Source: Camelus ferus
Lineage: Eukaryota
Reading direction: 5' to 3'
Assembly (NCBI RefSeq): GCF_009834535.1
Contig: NC_045698.1
Coordinates: 11,286,001-11,350,000, forward strand
Length of the DNA stretch: 64,000 nucleotides
Positions 24,781 through 37,765 of this stretch are shown here, in pieces (position 1 is the stretch's first letter; each line of letters opens with the position of its first letter). The notes under the pieces were generated by a model. The model saw nothing but the letters and a program-made list of their open reading frames with translations. It had not been told where the DNA came from and searched no databases. A program made the translations under genes and the position numbers.

Positions 24781-26535
24781 CTGGTATATTCTGCAGTAGA
24801 CTTTACAGTGTCTTATCATGATCTAACCTCAAATCTGCAGTCACCAGCCTGGTCCTCCATGTGGGTAGCTGGAAGCAGAGCAGAAGTGCAAATACACAAA
24901 AACTAGACCAGGAAAAAAAATGGTTTTTTAACAATGACTCTGTTGGTCTCTTTGTCAGGAAACAGTGCCCGGATGTTGTGGCTTTTCTGTCATGCCCTTA
25001 TGAAGGGGTGGTGGACTCTGTATACCAAAACCAGTATTAGACACTACTTCCAAATGTGTTCTGGTTAGCTATCTGAATGGCTTTTCACTGGGTCACCCGT
25101 TGACTCCAAGTACTTTCGAATGTGAGCAATTTCACACGGACTTGCCATCCTGCCCTTGGTGTGCAGATGAGATCAATTCTTCACTGAGGTCTTTTAAGAT
25201 CATAAAGAGCTAAGTTTATGTTTTTTGCTATGTTGTCTATTACGCACAGATTTCGAAAGCCTCACATTGGACAGAACCAATGCATTTACAGAATTAACTA
25301 GGTTAGATCAGTCTGACAGTATTTAAGTTCCCTTCCAGCAACACAGTAAATAGGCTCACTGTCAAACCAAATGATGCATCTATGGCCCCTCTGTCTAAAC
25401 CACACCATCTTGTTTGGGAACCATATTACCTGAGTAGGGGCCCTGTTTGTATTCAACTTGCATTTGTTTCTCTCTTCCAACCTCTCCCCGTGTAGCAATG
25501 AACAAAATATATTGACCTCTAGGGATATTACTTTAATAGCTGCATTTTCTCCAGGACCTAAACACACAGAATTAGAAAAACTTCAATTTATATAATTTTC
25601 AAGGTAATTTAAAGTTGAAACGAACTTTTTTGGACCTATATCTTTAGCGACTGGATTTTTAATAGCTTGGAAGTGCGTTGATGCTTGAAAACGTACATTT
25701 TTGGAAGGAAAAAGTTCAGAAATTGTGACCTACTTAACTTTTAGTGGATTGGACCACTGAGCCAAGAGGCGTGGTGACCACCCACTGGGGCGTCAGGCAT
25801 GGTGTCATGATTGTCAAACTCCAAGCCGAGGGCAGTTATAATTAAGTGAAAATAATCACTATCGGAGCCAGAGAAATTCCAGAACCAGTCATGTGGGTTT
25901 AGCACCTACACTGCATTCCAGGTGAGCCTGTCCTGGTATCTGAAATCAAGCCTTGGCAGGCTGGGGATCTGACAGGTTTGTTGAATGAATTAGAACACCA
26001 CACTGTCTCCTTCCATAATAAAATTCTTTCCTGCCCCCCAACCCTTACAAGCATAAGTGAAATCATTAGAAGGAACCATAATCCAAGGCCACCCTGGATT
26101 AGAATAGGTGGCTATAACAATAACAAAACCCCTTTACAGGAAATCCTATATTTGGAAAACCATTAGAAATAAATTCACGTGGCTGATTAGAATTCAGAAG
26201 CCCTAGCTACTGCCCTTTCCGTTTTAGACTCTGAGCTTAACTCTCAGTGGTATCAGCCTTAGTGAATCCAAACTGTGACCACAGAAAAAGACATTGAGAG
26301 ACCAGAAGCCCAGCATGTGAGCCTCCAGTGCTCACCCCCCACTGACAGCTGCCTGCCCTGCTCTATTCTTCTCATTCCTCCACTTTCCATCAGAGAAGCC
26401 CGCGCACCTTGATTTTACTAATCGGTACCAATTCGAAATGCACTTAACGCGGTGTAAGAAGAGAAACGGCTATTCATTTTGTAGGACGGGAGGACCATTT
26501 GTTTTTGTTGTGGCAGTGAGGCCCTTGGTCTGGTG

Positions 26536-27289
26536 TGATGGTTCTTAGCTGGTGGGGCAGTGCCCCGAAAGCCGTTTTTGAGTCAAGTTTGTGAGCGTGG
26601 TTTGGTTATCATAACGATTGGAGGAGAGCTCGTGGAATTCAGGCGGGAAGGACAGGGATGCTAGTGACCTGCAGTGCATAGAAGAGTTTTGCACAGCAAA
26701 GACAGTGAAGAAATATTTGTGAGCTTATTGACATTCATGTAGGTTAAAAATACTGTTCATAATTACTGGGTTCCAGGATCTAATGCCTATGTCTATGTAA
26801 ACATGAAGTTTCTTTTTATTTTTTTTTCCTGAGAGTGAGTATGTATTGATTTTTTAAGAATGAAACTATCAAGTACATTAAGGGATAATAGAACTCGGAG
26901 TCAGAACTCCCCCAGGAGGTGTGGGTGCTTCCAGACAACCCCCTGACAGCTGCCAGGCTGCTTGTGGTGTAGCCAACACCAGCACCTCATATTGGTGTCT
27001 GACTTTGCAGCTGTTGGATTCAAGGTGAAGTAAGTACACAATTAGGTTTTTTTTTCCCCCCTTCCTGGGTAGAAGAACCTGACCAATTACATATTTAGAA
27101 GCATGGTATTTTATTATTATTTACTTTTCTTCTCTTTCTCCTTTGTTATATAGTTAGGGAATTCTATTACTCCTTTTGAAATTAGGTATGTAGGTCAATA
27201 TCTATAAATCTTATTATAGGATGGTGAAGGGAACACGACCAAACATTTGTTACAGGAGTGTTGGGTTCCATTGGCAATGGCAACCACTG
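26536..27289 (+). mobile_element. MER20B-like hAT-Charlie element
   Basis: ggttcttagc...cagggatgctag...gacattcatgtaggttaaaaatactgttcataattac and terminal caaccactg resemble MER20B. Confidence 0.7.
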
Positions 27290-27319
27290 AAATAGTCCTA
27301 CTCGTGTCTCTGGTACTGT

Positions 27320-27480
27320 GATAAAGGTACCGTGAATATCCTTCATCAGCACAAGTGGGAGGCAGTATTATCTCAGTTTACAAATCAGAAGACTGAGGCT
27401 TGCTGAGTCAAAGTCATAAACATGCTTGTGGTTGGGAGCGGGCATTCAAACATGTGTAGGTCCAGTAACTCAGACCACAC
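27320..27480 (-). mobile_element. MIR SINE
   Basis: tattatctcagtttacaaatcagaagactgaggct...gcattcaaac antisense MIR core. Confidence 0.6.
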
Positions 27481-28459
27481 TTGCAACCACTCCACAGTTT
27501 GCTGCCAGTCAGATGTCTGCTGCTGCCTGATCATCAGCCAAAAGCAAGACCACATTCTCGTCCCCTGTAAAGGTTGCCCAGTCTGTACCTGAAGGCTCTC
27601 CATGGAGATCAGCCAACACCTACCCAGGAATGTCCCCCTTGAGGAAATCTGCACAGCGAACTTAAACAATGTAGTGTCCCTGAGGCTGAAGGTTCCCGAC
27701 CAACATCAGAACCAAAACACACTCGATTTCCATTATTAATAACATTCAAAGTCAGTGATAGTGGGGCTGATTCTGTAATTGAGTGCGTTTACATTTGGAA
27801 AGAACACCAGAGACTTTTGTTTGGTGAAGTAGTAACGGAACTAATGAGGCTCAGACAGACTGCCTCCCCAGGAGGGTGGGAGAGGAACATTCCACAATAA
27901 TCCATGTTGGGTAACTCGTCCAGAAAGGAAGGTCCTCTTCACCCCCAGCTGCCAGGGACAGGGCTAGTGAATTAGGCCTCATCCTCCATCTCCCCAGAGT
28001 GGCAAGGCTATGCACACTGGGGACATCCCCTCCATCACTGCGCCTCCCTGGGCTCCTGGTGGGAACTGACACCCATCGTGACTGGTGCTACTGCTACGAG
28101 CTGGACTGGCCCATGTGTCAGATTGATACCAGGCAGCTTTCTCTTTCTTCACTCTTACTCCTTTCCCTTTTCTCCTAAATATCATTACTATTGCTTGTCC
28201 TCAGGTAGATATTTTTCAATTGTTACATTTTTTAGAAAAACTCCAAAGGCAGTATTTTTCAGTATGATAGAAAGAGCAACTTTGGAAAGAAACACCAGGC
28301 TTGATGAGTGATTTCTGCCTCCTTTGACCTGTTGACCTCTGGGGTGGAGGGTTGTCCTTCACTGCCTGCTAAGTATTTCATCCAGCATCCAAGATGAGTA
28401 GCAATGACATGACCTTCGATAATGTTCACGTTATCTTCCAGGCCCTATGTTCCTCTGCC

Positions 28460-28635
28460 AGCTCTTGCCTTGGGTGAGATCCTTACCTTCTTTGTGCCTC
28501 CGTTTCTCATCTGTAAAATGGAGAAATAACAGTGCTTCATAAGGTAGTTGTTACTGATTAGCTGAAATAAAAACACGTAGAACAATACATAGCACATAGT
28601 AAGTGCTCAGTAAAGTGGTCTGATAGTGGTAATAA
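28460..28635 (+). mobile_element. MIR SINE
   Basis: ctttgtgcctccgtttctcatctgtaaaatggaga core; gcacatagtaagtgctcagtaaa end. Confidence 0.8.
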
Positions 28636-28764
28636 TCATAGTGGTTGTAAAAGTAGATTAGTCATAGATGCTCACAACAGTCTTGAACAGTTTTGCAGAA
28701 TTTAAGTGGCTGTACTGTGAAGAACCATTCAGCTAACAATGGGTAGAAACTGAAGTCCTCTAAA

Positions 28765-28990
28765 CCGGAGTCCATGACCCATGGCACTGCCGACCTTTCG
28801 GTCTGCGTAACTCTTTGTTGTGGGGCAGTTCTGTGCATTGGAGGCCATGAGGCAGTATCCCTCATCTCTGCCCTCTGGATGCCAGCTACACACCTCATGT
28901 TGTGACAACCAAAAACGTCTTTTCAAAATTGCCAAATATCCCTGGGGATGAGAGTTATGTGCAAAATTGCCTCTGTTTGAGACCCACCGG
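28765..28990 (+). mobile_element. MER20 hAT-Charlie element
   Basis: taactctttgttgtggggc, ggatgccag, ttgtgacaaccaaaaacgtct...attgccaaatatccctgggg are MER20 hallmarks. Confidence 0.8.
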
Positions 28991-29471
28991 TGGAAACCAA
29001 TATTCTGTCTTTTTCACTATCCTCATCATGAAGGAAAATCCTCTTTTATATTTTCCTAAACAGATGAGCTAAGTGATGAGGCATTTCTTTATTTTAGAAA
29101 AGAAGCATTTGCTTTCCAACTCCCAAACTACGTAATTACTTTAAATAATCAGCTTTGTGGGTGTAATCAAAGCCCAATTCAATTAAAATAAATAATGATA
29201 TGCAGCTAGGAAAATGTCCCTCTGGTCAGTGATTACAATAAATACACTTTGTTCTTTCAAATTCTCTGGCTGACACCCTGGGAATGAAGGCAGTCCTGAG
29301 GAGATACTGGGCTCTCCCAGTCCTGAGGGCTGCCTGGGCTCCACATGCTGCTGCAACTGTAGGAAGAAATGAAGGTTTGGAGGAGAATGCTGATTTTCTG
29401 TACAGAGTGTTATCAGAGCATCTCTCTTCCGTAGCTTAAAGGAAAGGATACTTTCTCATATTTATTTAAAA

Positions 29472-29607
29472 TTTTAATTTTCAAAAGTGGGACGTTTCCT
29501 GGAGGATCCATGCTGTCTCCTCTTTCTTATCACCAAGGTTTTTAATTTTCAAAAGTGGGACGTTTCCTGGAGGATCCATGCTGTCTCCTCTTTCTTATCA
29601 CCAAGGT
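29472..29607. repeat. Perfect direct tandem duplication, 2 x 68 bp
   Basis: ttttaattttcaaaagtgggacgtttcctggaggatccatgctgtctcctctttcttatcaccaaggt at 29472-29539 and again at 29540-29607. Confidence 0.97.
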
Positions 29608-29697
29608 TTCCTAGCCAATCATGTCACCCTTTTCCTGCATGGGCACCCAGGATGACATCTGGCCTCTGGGTAGGGTCTGTCTGGAGCCACAGGAATT

Positions 29698-30184
29698 TGT
29701 TACCGAGTCCAATCTTGTTCTGCTCATTGCATGGCAGGCCAGTACATCAGGAGACAAGGTGTCGGGGCAAGGAATAATGACTTTATTCAGAAAACCAGGA
29801 GACTGAGAAGATGGGGACCATCTTACCCAAGTCAGAATTCAAGCTCCTTTTATACCAAAACGGAGGAGGGGTGTGGTTGTTGTTGCAAACTTCTTGGTGT
29901 CGGAATCCTTTGTTCATAGGTCAGGTCACAATGTTTCTATAAACCTCCAACAAGACAAATGTTATTCTCTGTTCTGCAAGGTTTTATTGCTATATGAATG
30001 GAAAAGTGTTATACCCTTAAACGTCAGAGGCTTGAGAATGGGCTCTCCTGTACATTTCAGGTTTAGGCAACATTCTTTTACAAAAGGTGTAGAACCAGCA
30101 TGACTCAGCACAGGAAACAGTGCAGGGTTAGAGCCCTAAAAGAACGGATCTAATGTGGAGTCCAATTTGTTCTTCCTTATTACA
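29698..30184 (-). mobile_element. ERV1-class solo LTR (MER41-like cetartiodactyl family)
   Basis: TG...CA termini (tgttac / attaca); 4-bp TSD AATT at 29694-29697 and 30185-30188; minus-strand TATA (ttttata near 29850) upstream of minus-strand AATAAA (tttatt near 29782). Confidence 0.85.
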
Positions 30185-30669
30185 AATTCCCATCACCCTT
30201 TGGGGGCAGGTTTTCCCACCTGCTTTTCTTCAGGACAACACAGGGCAGGTGACACCTGAGAAGCATTGCTGAGTGGTGTTATTTGCCTCTAACGGGAGAA
30301 TCATAAACCCACTTGATGTTTTACGTGATGTAGCCAACAGTGAGGACCAACTGTTTCTCACCTTTACCCTTAAAGCTCTAAACGTGCTCGTGCCAGGTGT
30401 CTCTCTAAAGCTTTCCTGCTAATCTGCTGGCATCCTGCACCTCCTGTCCTCCTGTTCCTTTTGTAGGCAGGTGACGAGTTCAGTCTCCTCTGGCAGGTTT
30501 TCCTGTTCTTTTGGAGGTTGCTTCACCCCAGGAAGTCCCAGAAACTGCATATTGTGCTTAAGTGGCGGAAGTTTCCCTCCGATGGTGGTTTCCTTTTGTC
30601 CACTTTCTTTCCTTGAATGTGTTTAGGTTCCAGGCACCATCAGGCAGGGGAGATGAGCACTTTGAGGCT

Positions 30670-30810
30670 AGCTGTGTTGAGATTTACCCATTTTACAGAT
30701 GAGGAAACAGATACAGAGAGATTTAACAGGGTGCAGGCTCTCATACCTATGAAAGAGAAGAAAACCTAGATTCCAATTCGAGCAGGCTAACCTGAGGGTC
30801 CCCGCTCTGT
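30670..30810 (-). mobile_element. MIR SINE
   Basis: cccattttacagatgaggaaacaga antisense MIR core. Confidence 0.7.
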
Positions 30811-33299
30811 GCTCACACTCTCCTGCCCTGACCACCTCCCCACATGGACATCACCAGCTCTACCCACAGCTATTGCAGACACGCCCAGAACACAAATCCT
30901 CCATCACCTTGCATCAGCCTAATCTAATCACAACTGTTTGTCAGAAACCTAAACCACCCATGTTTCATCGATCTTCCATTATCATCAAAACTTAGTGGTG
31001 TGGGGAGTCCCTCTGGGTTTACTGCCTCTTTGAAATGACGTTGACTCCCAGACTTCCTTCCTCTCAGTCGATTTCACCCCAGATAAGGATGGAATGATAA
31101 GGCTTTCTTTAGGTTTCCCTGGATCATTCTAAGAGAATTAGGCCAAGCAAACACCCATCAGAGACCTTGAAACTCAGGGTAAATCACAACACAGCTAGCC
31201 TCCTGAAGAAGAGGGGAAGGGAGAGAGAAAAAAAAAGGGAGAGAGAAAGGAAAGGTAGAGAGAGCTGACTCTGTGAGAGCCCAGCTCCGGCCTCTGAGCC
31301 ATTGCTGTCCAGCTCCTCTTTCCGTTCTGTCACCTACCACCCTTCCTTCCTGGAGTCAGTATATTCCCTTCTGCTTAATCATGTTTGAGTTGCATCTTGG
31401 TCCTATGAACCAGCTGGAGATCAGACCTCAAAAAAAGGGCCCACAAACTCCATCAGGACCATGGCAGTGACAATGTCTTGCTCATTGTTATGATGCCAGG
31501 GTCTCGCCCAGCACCTGGCTTGGACAGCAGAGCTGCCCGTTCCTTGGAGAAGGAGAACTCCTGATGTCAGAACTGTGACCCCTTCTCCTGGGGTCTTACT
31601 TTGGTCACTTACTGGAACCAGAAAACAAATTCTTGTTTTCTGTAAGCTGAGCCACCTGGGACATTCAGAATGGGTGACTGTGGATGCCACCAAGTGTAGG
31701 ATTCACTGATAGCCCAAAGCCATCTGGTCATTGCCCTCTTCTATTCTCATGGGAATAGTTTCCTCCTAGTGCCTTTGGAGGGGGTGTTTCTTTTGTAAAT
31801 TTGAAGTAGGATCCATATTCTCTTATTCCATAGATTTCTTTTAACTAACTCTTTAAAAATAGCTCTCCCTTGCATATATACATCTTCTTTTAATTTTTTT
31901 ATAAATCTTTACACCTTCTTTCATCTTAACCTCGCCATAACTAGCAAAGTAGTGGGGCAATTTTGAACACTAGTGCAAACACAGATGAGACATTGATGCT
32001 TGGAGTCCGCTAGTGAAGCCATCAAGGGTTAAACGTCTGGGCTCCCTTTGTCCCCAGCTGGACACAGGCATGGCAGCAATGACAGTGCTGAAGTGTGAGT
32101 AGCCTAAGAAGACAGGATGTGTTTAAGTGCCCTGTCCACTCTGTGTTTTACTAGAAAGTGTTTTAATGCTTTAAATAGACTTTGGAGGTCAGCTTCCAGG
32201 AGCCCAAAAGATCAGATCATCTTTTCCGGAATAGCAGCAGCCTACCCTCGAGGAATGGGTCTGGGACACAGGGATGTAAGCCAAGCATCCTCTGTCATTC
32301 TGACACCTTTATTAATGTGCCGTGGTAAGGAATGAAATAATCTATTCATACATGTTTTAGCTAAGCCTGGAATATACATTTTTAAGTCAGGAGGAGGGGA
32401 GGGAGTTGAGTAGAGAAAAAAACAAAAAGCTAAAGGGAACTAAAAAAAAAAATCTGGATAGACTTTGCAACCATAAATGGTAAAACTAACCCTGTTGCAC
32501 TGCCAGCTACAAGAACAGCCGAGGAAGGTTTTGATTTACAGGAACAGCTCAGCAAGGGCCTTGTAGAGAGCTTCATGCCTGCTATAAAAATGTGATTAGC
32601 TATAAAACAGAGAGCTTTAACAAGAAAATTTAAGCATAGGCAACAGACCGACTCAAAAGTAAACAAAAAAACAGAAATTACTGCCTTCGTGGCTAACCCA
32701 AGTCGATAAAGGCCAGGATTAGGGGAATTCTTTTTCAGACTTGTGATATAATTAATAACTTCTAACTTTTAGATTCAAAGGAAATAAAAAGGAAAGATGA
32801 CCTTGAACTTTACAAATGACTTCCATCTGCCTTTCATCTGCGGCTTTTGCATTTGAGGTGTGCATAGTCCTAAAGCATGAAAAAGAGTCCTCTCAAAGAA
32901 CAACTCCCCGTTTCAGACTCTCCCTGGACACCCAGGCTGGGAGGAAATAAAAGTGGGAGCATTCAGGGCCTCGGGAGGGGAGAGTGTTTAAGTCTGCAAG
33001 TCCCCCAACTCCAGGGCTCTTTGCAGCCTGTCCCCGCTTGCTTTGTAGCAAGTCTGCAATATGCCCCTGCACTGTGTTGAAGGTCTTTGGCCAGAGGCCG
33101 AATCAGTTCCAAATGATGGTCCTTTTGAGAACAAGGGGCCCTCCTAAGTTTGTCTGAAGAGGTCCATTGACTGATTATGAATATGAATATGTAGTTAAAG
33201 TATTTGCACATCTAGGGCAAGCACCGGGGTGATTTCTTACATCACAACAGCTGTGATCTGTGGATTTCTCACTGTGTGTCGGTCATCATGAAGAGTACT

Positions 33300-33460
33300 T
33301 TGTATGGATTATCTCTGTGTCTCCCAACAAATACTCTCAAGTAAGTTTTATTATCTCCATGTTACAGATGGGAAAATCATAGCCAGAGAGATTATTACAC
33401 AACCAATAAAAGTTGGAGTTGGGATCAACCCAACCTGTCTGATTTCAGAACTCAAGCTCC
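33300..33460 (-). mobile_element. MIR SINE
   Basis: attatctccatgttacagatgggaaaa...ggatcaacccaacctgtctgatttcagaa. Confidence 0.65.
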
Positions 33461-33714
33461 TAGCCTCTATTCCAAAAAAGTGATGGTACTAATGACGGGC
33501 CCAGGGTTGGAGAGTCGAGCTTCAGTTGCAGTCTATTTCTCTGTCCTGCAAAATACCAGGTCTGCTTCTGTTCTTTGCTTAAACCTGATGTAATTGCAGT
33601 GCAGAAATCTTTGCAAGATTTCTGCATAAAAGGCATGCAGAAAGAGTCCTCAGGCCAAGCACAAGGTTCCCTTTGTATCTTTTTGCCACCCCTCATCCTT
33701 TGTGCCTCTATTTC

Positions 33715-33850
33715 TTTTTTTTAAAATATTTCAAAAAATTTAATTAATTAATTTATTTATTATTGAAGTATAGTCCATTACAATGTGTCAATTTCTGATG
33801 TACAGCACAATGCCTCAGTCATGCATACACATACTTATGTTCGTTTTTTC
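33715..33850 (-). mobile_element. Short young L1 3' end
   Basis: ttgaagtatagtccattacaatgtgtcaatttctgatgtacagcacaat, same family as 8219 and 23867. Confidence 0.85.
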
Positions 33851-36800
33851 TTCCCCCTGTTTCTTATCCTTGTCCTCCTGAGTACGTTTGGCCCCAAATT
33901 CTTGCTGTCTGGGAATGAAACCCTGCTTTATTGGAATATGTATGGCATGCTGGGGTTAACTGCAATTTCAAGTTCTTCCATCATTCCAGAAAACACTAGT
34001 ACATTTTACTGCCTCAGAATACATAATTTAGTATTTTTTAAGCATGAAATGATCATCGTCATGCTTTAAAGTTGTAGTTGTCTTTCTAAATGTCAGTTTT
34101 CTCTCTGCAGTGTTACACATTGGGCTTGAAAGGGAGGAAAGGGATTGTTTTAAATTAGAAGGGTTTCCAGACACATTCTAGAATTTAAAATAAATAAAAT
34201 CATGATGTGACCTGGTTTTTTTTCAATTACTCTTTGTCCTATAAGTTGAATCTCCACCTAGTCATTGATTAAGACAATCCTCTGCTCGCCACGTGTACAA
34301 ACGTAATTTTCTACTGTAATCATCCCATGCAACTGTCTCCAGCTTCATTAGGATACCACTTGTGGTATAATTTTACCAATATTGGAGTTTTAAAAGGAGT
34401 TTTCTATTAAAAGGTATCCTTTTAACATGGCTTTATAAACTAGAGCGGATTTTTCCTTTTCAAAATGGCTTCAATGCTGATTTCTGTTAGAATGAGATCT
34501 ATATTAATTCTAAGATGGGCATTGAGAGCCTGTAGAACCATTCCCTCTTCCTGGAATCTCATCCTCTTCATGGGATGAATGCTAGTTTCAATTAGGGATC
34601 CCTTCTTTGGAGGCCTTTTCTCCATCCTGCATGGCTTCAGTGCCCACTGTACCCTTTTCCATGCACCTGTGTACCTTTATCATGCCAATTTTGCCCTTAC
34701 ATGTGAAGGTTTGTTTAAGTTTTATATCTCCATTGTTTAGCAAATAGTTAGATAGTCAATGAATATTTCTGTTGAGTGAGTGAATGAATGAATAGGCTTT
34801 TACCAAAAAAGCAGAGCATGCAGGATAAACTTACTGGTAACTCAGCACGAGGCAGGTTATGGGAAGATCTGTAAGTTGCAGGCACCATGTTATCGAGATC
34901 GATTTAAGTGTGAGATCCTGCCCTCCAGGGGACCTGAGTGATTTCTGAAGTTGGTATTTCTGTTGGGCCATAGGGAATAGATCCTCTCTGGTTAGGTGAA
35001 GATTGACGGAGAAATAATGCCAGGACCAAGTGATGATAAAACTGCAAGGTCTAGGAAGTCTAAAAGTGTAACACAAATTCAAGAATAGAACGTGAGTGGA
35101 AGAGAGAAACTCATCGAGGAAGACTGAGCGAAGGATACTTTTTGGTGACACATTTGAAAGGGTCTGAAGCGTCTGACCAAGAAGTTACATTTAATTTTGA
35201 AGGCAACTGGAGAGCAAACGTAAGTTTTTGAGCCAACGAATGATAAGATTGAAAAAGTGCTATGAGATTAATATAACAATAGTGTGTAGTATCTCTAGGG
35301 ATAATAAGAAGTTGAATGAGCAGAGAAATCTCCTCACAGTCTATTTCTAGATTCTAGGCTTGAGGTAAGGAGACATAAATTGGAAGTGGGGAGAGTGGGG
35401 GGAGTGGGGACAGAATGCTGGAGGTGACAAAAACATTTTTCTTAAGAGTTAGCAGACTATCTATATACACAAAGCTTAATTAAGCTATCAGAGAGACTCA
35501 TTTGCCTCTCTCTTATCTTAAAAAACTTTCCTGAAAAGCAAAATTGTGAAATACTGCCTTTTTCTTTTCCTCATAATGTGTTTAAAAATGAGCAAAGAAA
35601 TCAAATTTCTACTTTAAAGCCAATGCTGTTTTGGATTTTATAAAAACTAACCAGCATCCTAGAGCAAAGAACTAAAGAAATGCTATTTCCAAAATTTACC
35701 AATTATTTCCAACTTGTTATTAGGGTAAAATAGCAATATTCTCTTGAGACCTACCTCCTCACTTATATTTTAGAGGGAAATTTGGTGATGATTCAGAACA
35801 CTTATAATAACATGGGAAGTTGCAATGTGAAAGCAAAATATTCCTTCCTGACTTTTAATGTGTTTTCCAGAAGTTGAGACACAGGGAATGTAAGTAGAAG
35901 CCAAGAAAAAAGCAATAGAAAGGGGGTCCTTTAATAAAAATCACTGAAAAACAGATCATCTGTAATTTCTTAAAAAAAATAACTGGTAGTTATTTTTTAA
36001 ATGGTTATCAAGGATTATTATGAAAGCATGACAAATTCTAGAACAACGTAGAGTCAGTTCTCATTCTAACTTAGTAGCCATCACCTAAATCTAAATCTTG
36101 ACTTTAACCTTGATTTCCAAGTTGCACATAAATTTTGCATATGCACATGTACATTTGGGGAGCACATTGACATTTTATTAGTTTATCCAAGGGGTCATCA
36201 TGCCTAGTTAAGAACTTCAGAGCTAGGCTAGTGGTTCTAAAGAAAATCTCTTTTGTCTTTACTAGTCAATAATGAAATGAATGAAATGAAGATGGCGTGT
36301 TGTGTTTTTTTTGTAAATATAGAAGACTATTTTATTTGAAATAGTGATGATAGATTCTAGTTGACAATATTGTTGTCTCTAATTAAAAAAGGATTCACTT
36401 TCTTACTTTCACTTCTTTAAGATTCATAGAGCTCAAATGTGTTTGCTATACAGTGACTCATAATTAACATTATTGAGTTTGGTTACTGAAGAAGGAGTCT
36501 GGGCTGAAAGTGTACAGCAGTTTTCCACAACAAAGGTTAAATCAAAGAATTCCTTGAATAATGCTCAATTAACTCTGGATCAAGTTAATCTGCAAACTGT
36601 CTTCTTTTAGATAGGGTAGGAAAACTATTTATTTGCTAGAGCAGCCTAGCCTTCTTTTTAACTATGCAGATTCTTGTACTCTCCCTGCAGGGGGCTATGA
36701 GGTGGTAGGGCACAGAGGGACTCAGGAACATGCATTTTTTTCATTAAACATTCCCCAACTGGTTCTGAGGTAGGTGTGCTCAAATCATACTTTGATCATC

Positions 36801-36964
36801 ACTGGACGAGGAGGTAAACTGTAGTTGTCCACGTGAGAGAGAAGGAACAGCCAGGTCTCTGTGAGGCTTGGGAAGGATCCTCTAGTAGAAGAACTTGACC
36901 CAGGTTGAAGGTCAACTTCTACCGTTCACTCCCTGAATCTTTTTCCTATTGTGTAATTGAGAGA

Positions 36965-37395
36965 TACATTAGCTTCCTGGGCTGCCAGAACAAAGTGTAC
37001 CGCAAGCCAGGTGACTTAAAACAATGGACAACAACTGGAGACTAGAGGTCCATCACGAAGGCGTCAGCAGGGCTGTTTCCCCTCTGAGCCTGCATGGAAA
37101 GCTTCTTTGTCCCTTCCTGGCCTCCAGTGATATCCATTGAGCCTTCGTGTTCCTTGGCTTGTAGCTGCAGTCACCCCGTTCTCTGCCTCTGTCACCCATG
37201 GTGGTCCCCCTGTCTCTTCTTGTTAAAGGACATCAGTCATATAGACTAAGGATCCTTTCCACTCCAGTATGACCTCATCTTTCCTAAACCAATCACCTCT
37301 GCAAAAATCCTACTTCCCAATACAGGTCACATTCTGAAGTCCTGGAAGTTAGGATCTCCACTTATCTTTTTGGAAGACACAATTTGCCCATTGCA
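36965..37395 (-). mobile_element. MLT1C/B-like solo LTR
   Basis: cattagcttcctgggctgcc...cttaaaacaa...ggacatcagtcatat...ccagtatgacctcatc...ggtcacattctgaagt. Confidence 0.8.
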
Positions 37396-37724
37396 GAAGG
37401 AGGAAGGGGGTGGGCTCGAAAAGGTCAGGGGTTCTGAAATCAGAGTCAGTGACTGGTTCAGCATGACTCTTTAAAGGTCTCTTGAGAAACAAGCTAAAAT
37501 TACAGGTTTCTTTAACTCGACCTCCAGAGTCTAACTTAGGAAGTATGAGATTGTGCCTTGGGATCTGTATTAATTACCACTTTGCAGGAAATACCCTCTC
37601 TGAGGGACCCTACCAGAAGCAGCCACTTAACTGCTGTTTTACTGAATGTACTGGGTAAATGATAAGTTAGGACTCCATAAAACTTATGCAGTAAGCACGT
37701 GTAACTACGTGCAGTGTCTTCACA

Positions 37725-37765
37725 GTGCTCTGCTCCCACGCGGCCCTCTGTTTCGGCCGGGGCAG
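37725..37765 (+). other. Candidate micro-exon or end of an alternative first exon (unverified)
   Basis: Perfect donor CAG|GTAAGT at 37763-37771 in a small CpG-containing patch; weak acceptor cttcacag at 37724. Confidence 0.2.

Noticed and set aside
29472..29607. Direct repeats as a CRISPR-like array
   Set aside because: Only two abutting copies, no spacers, mammalian context.
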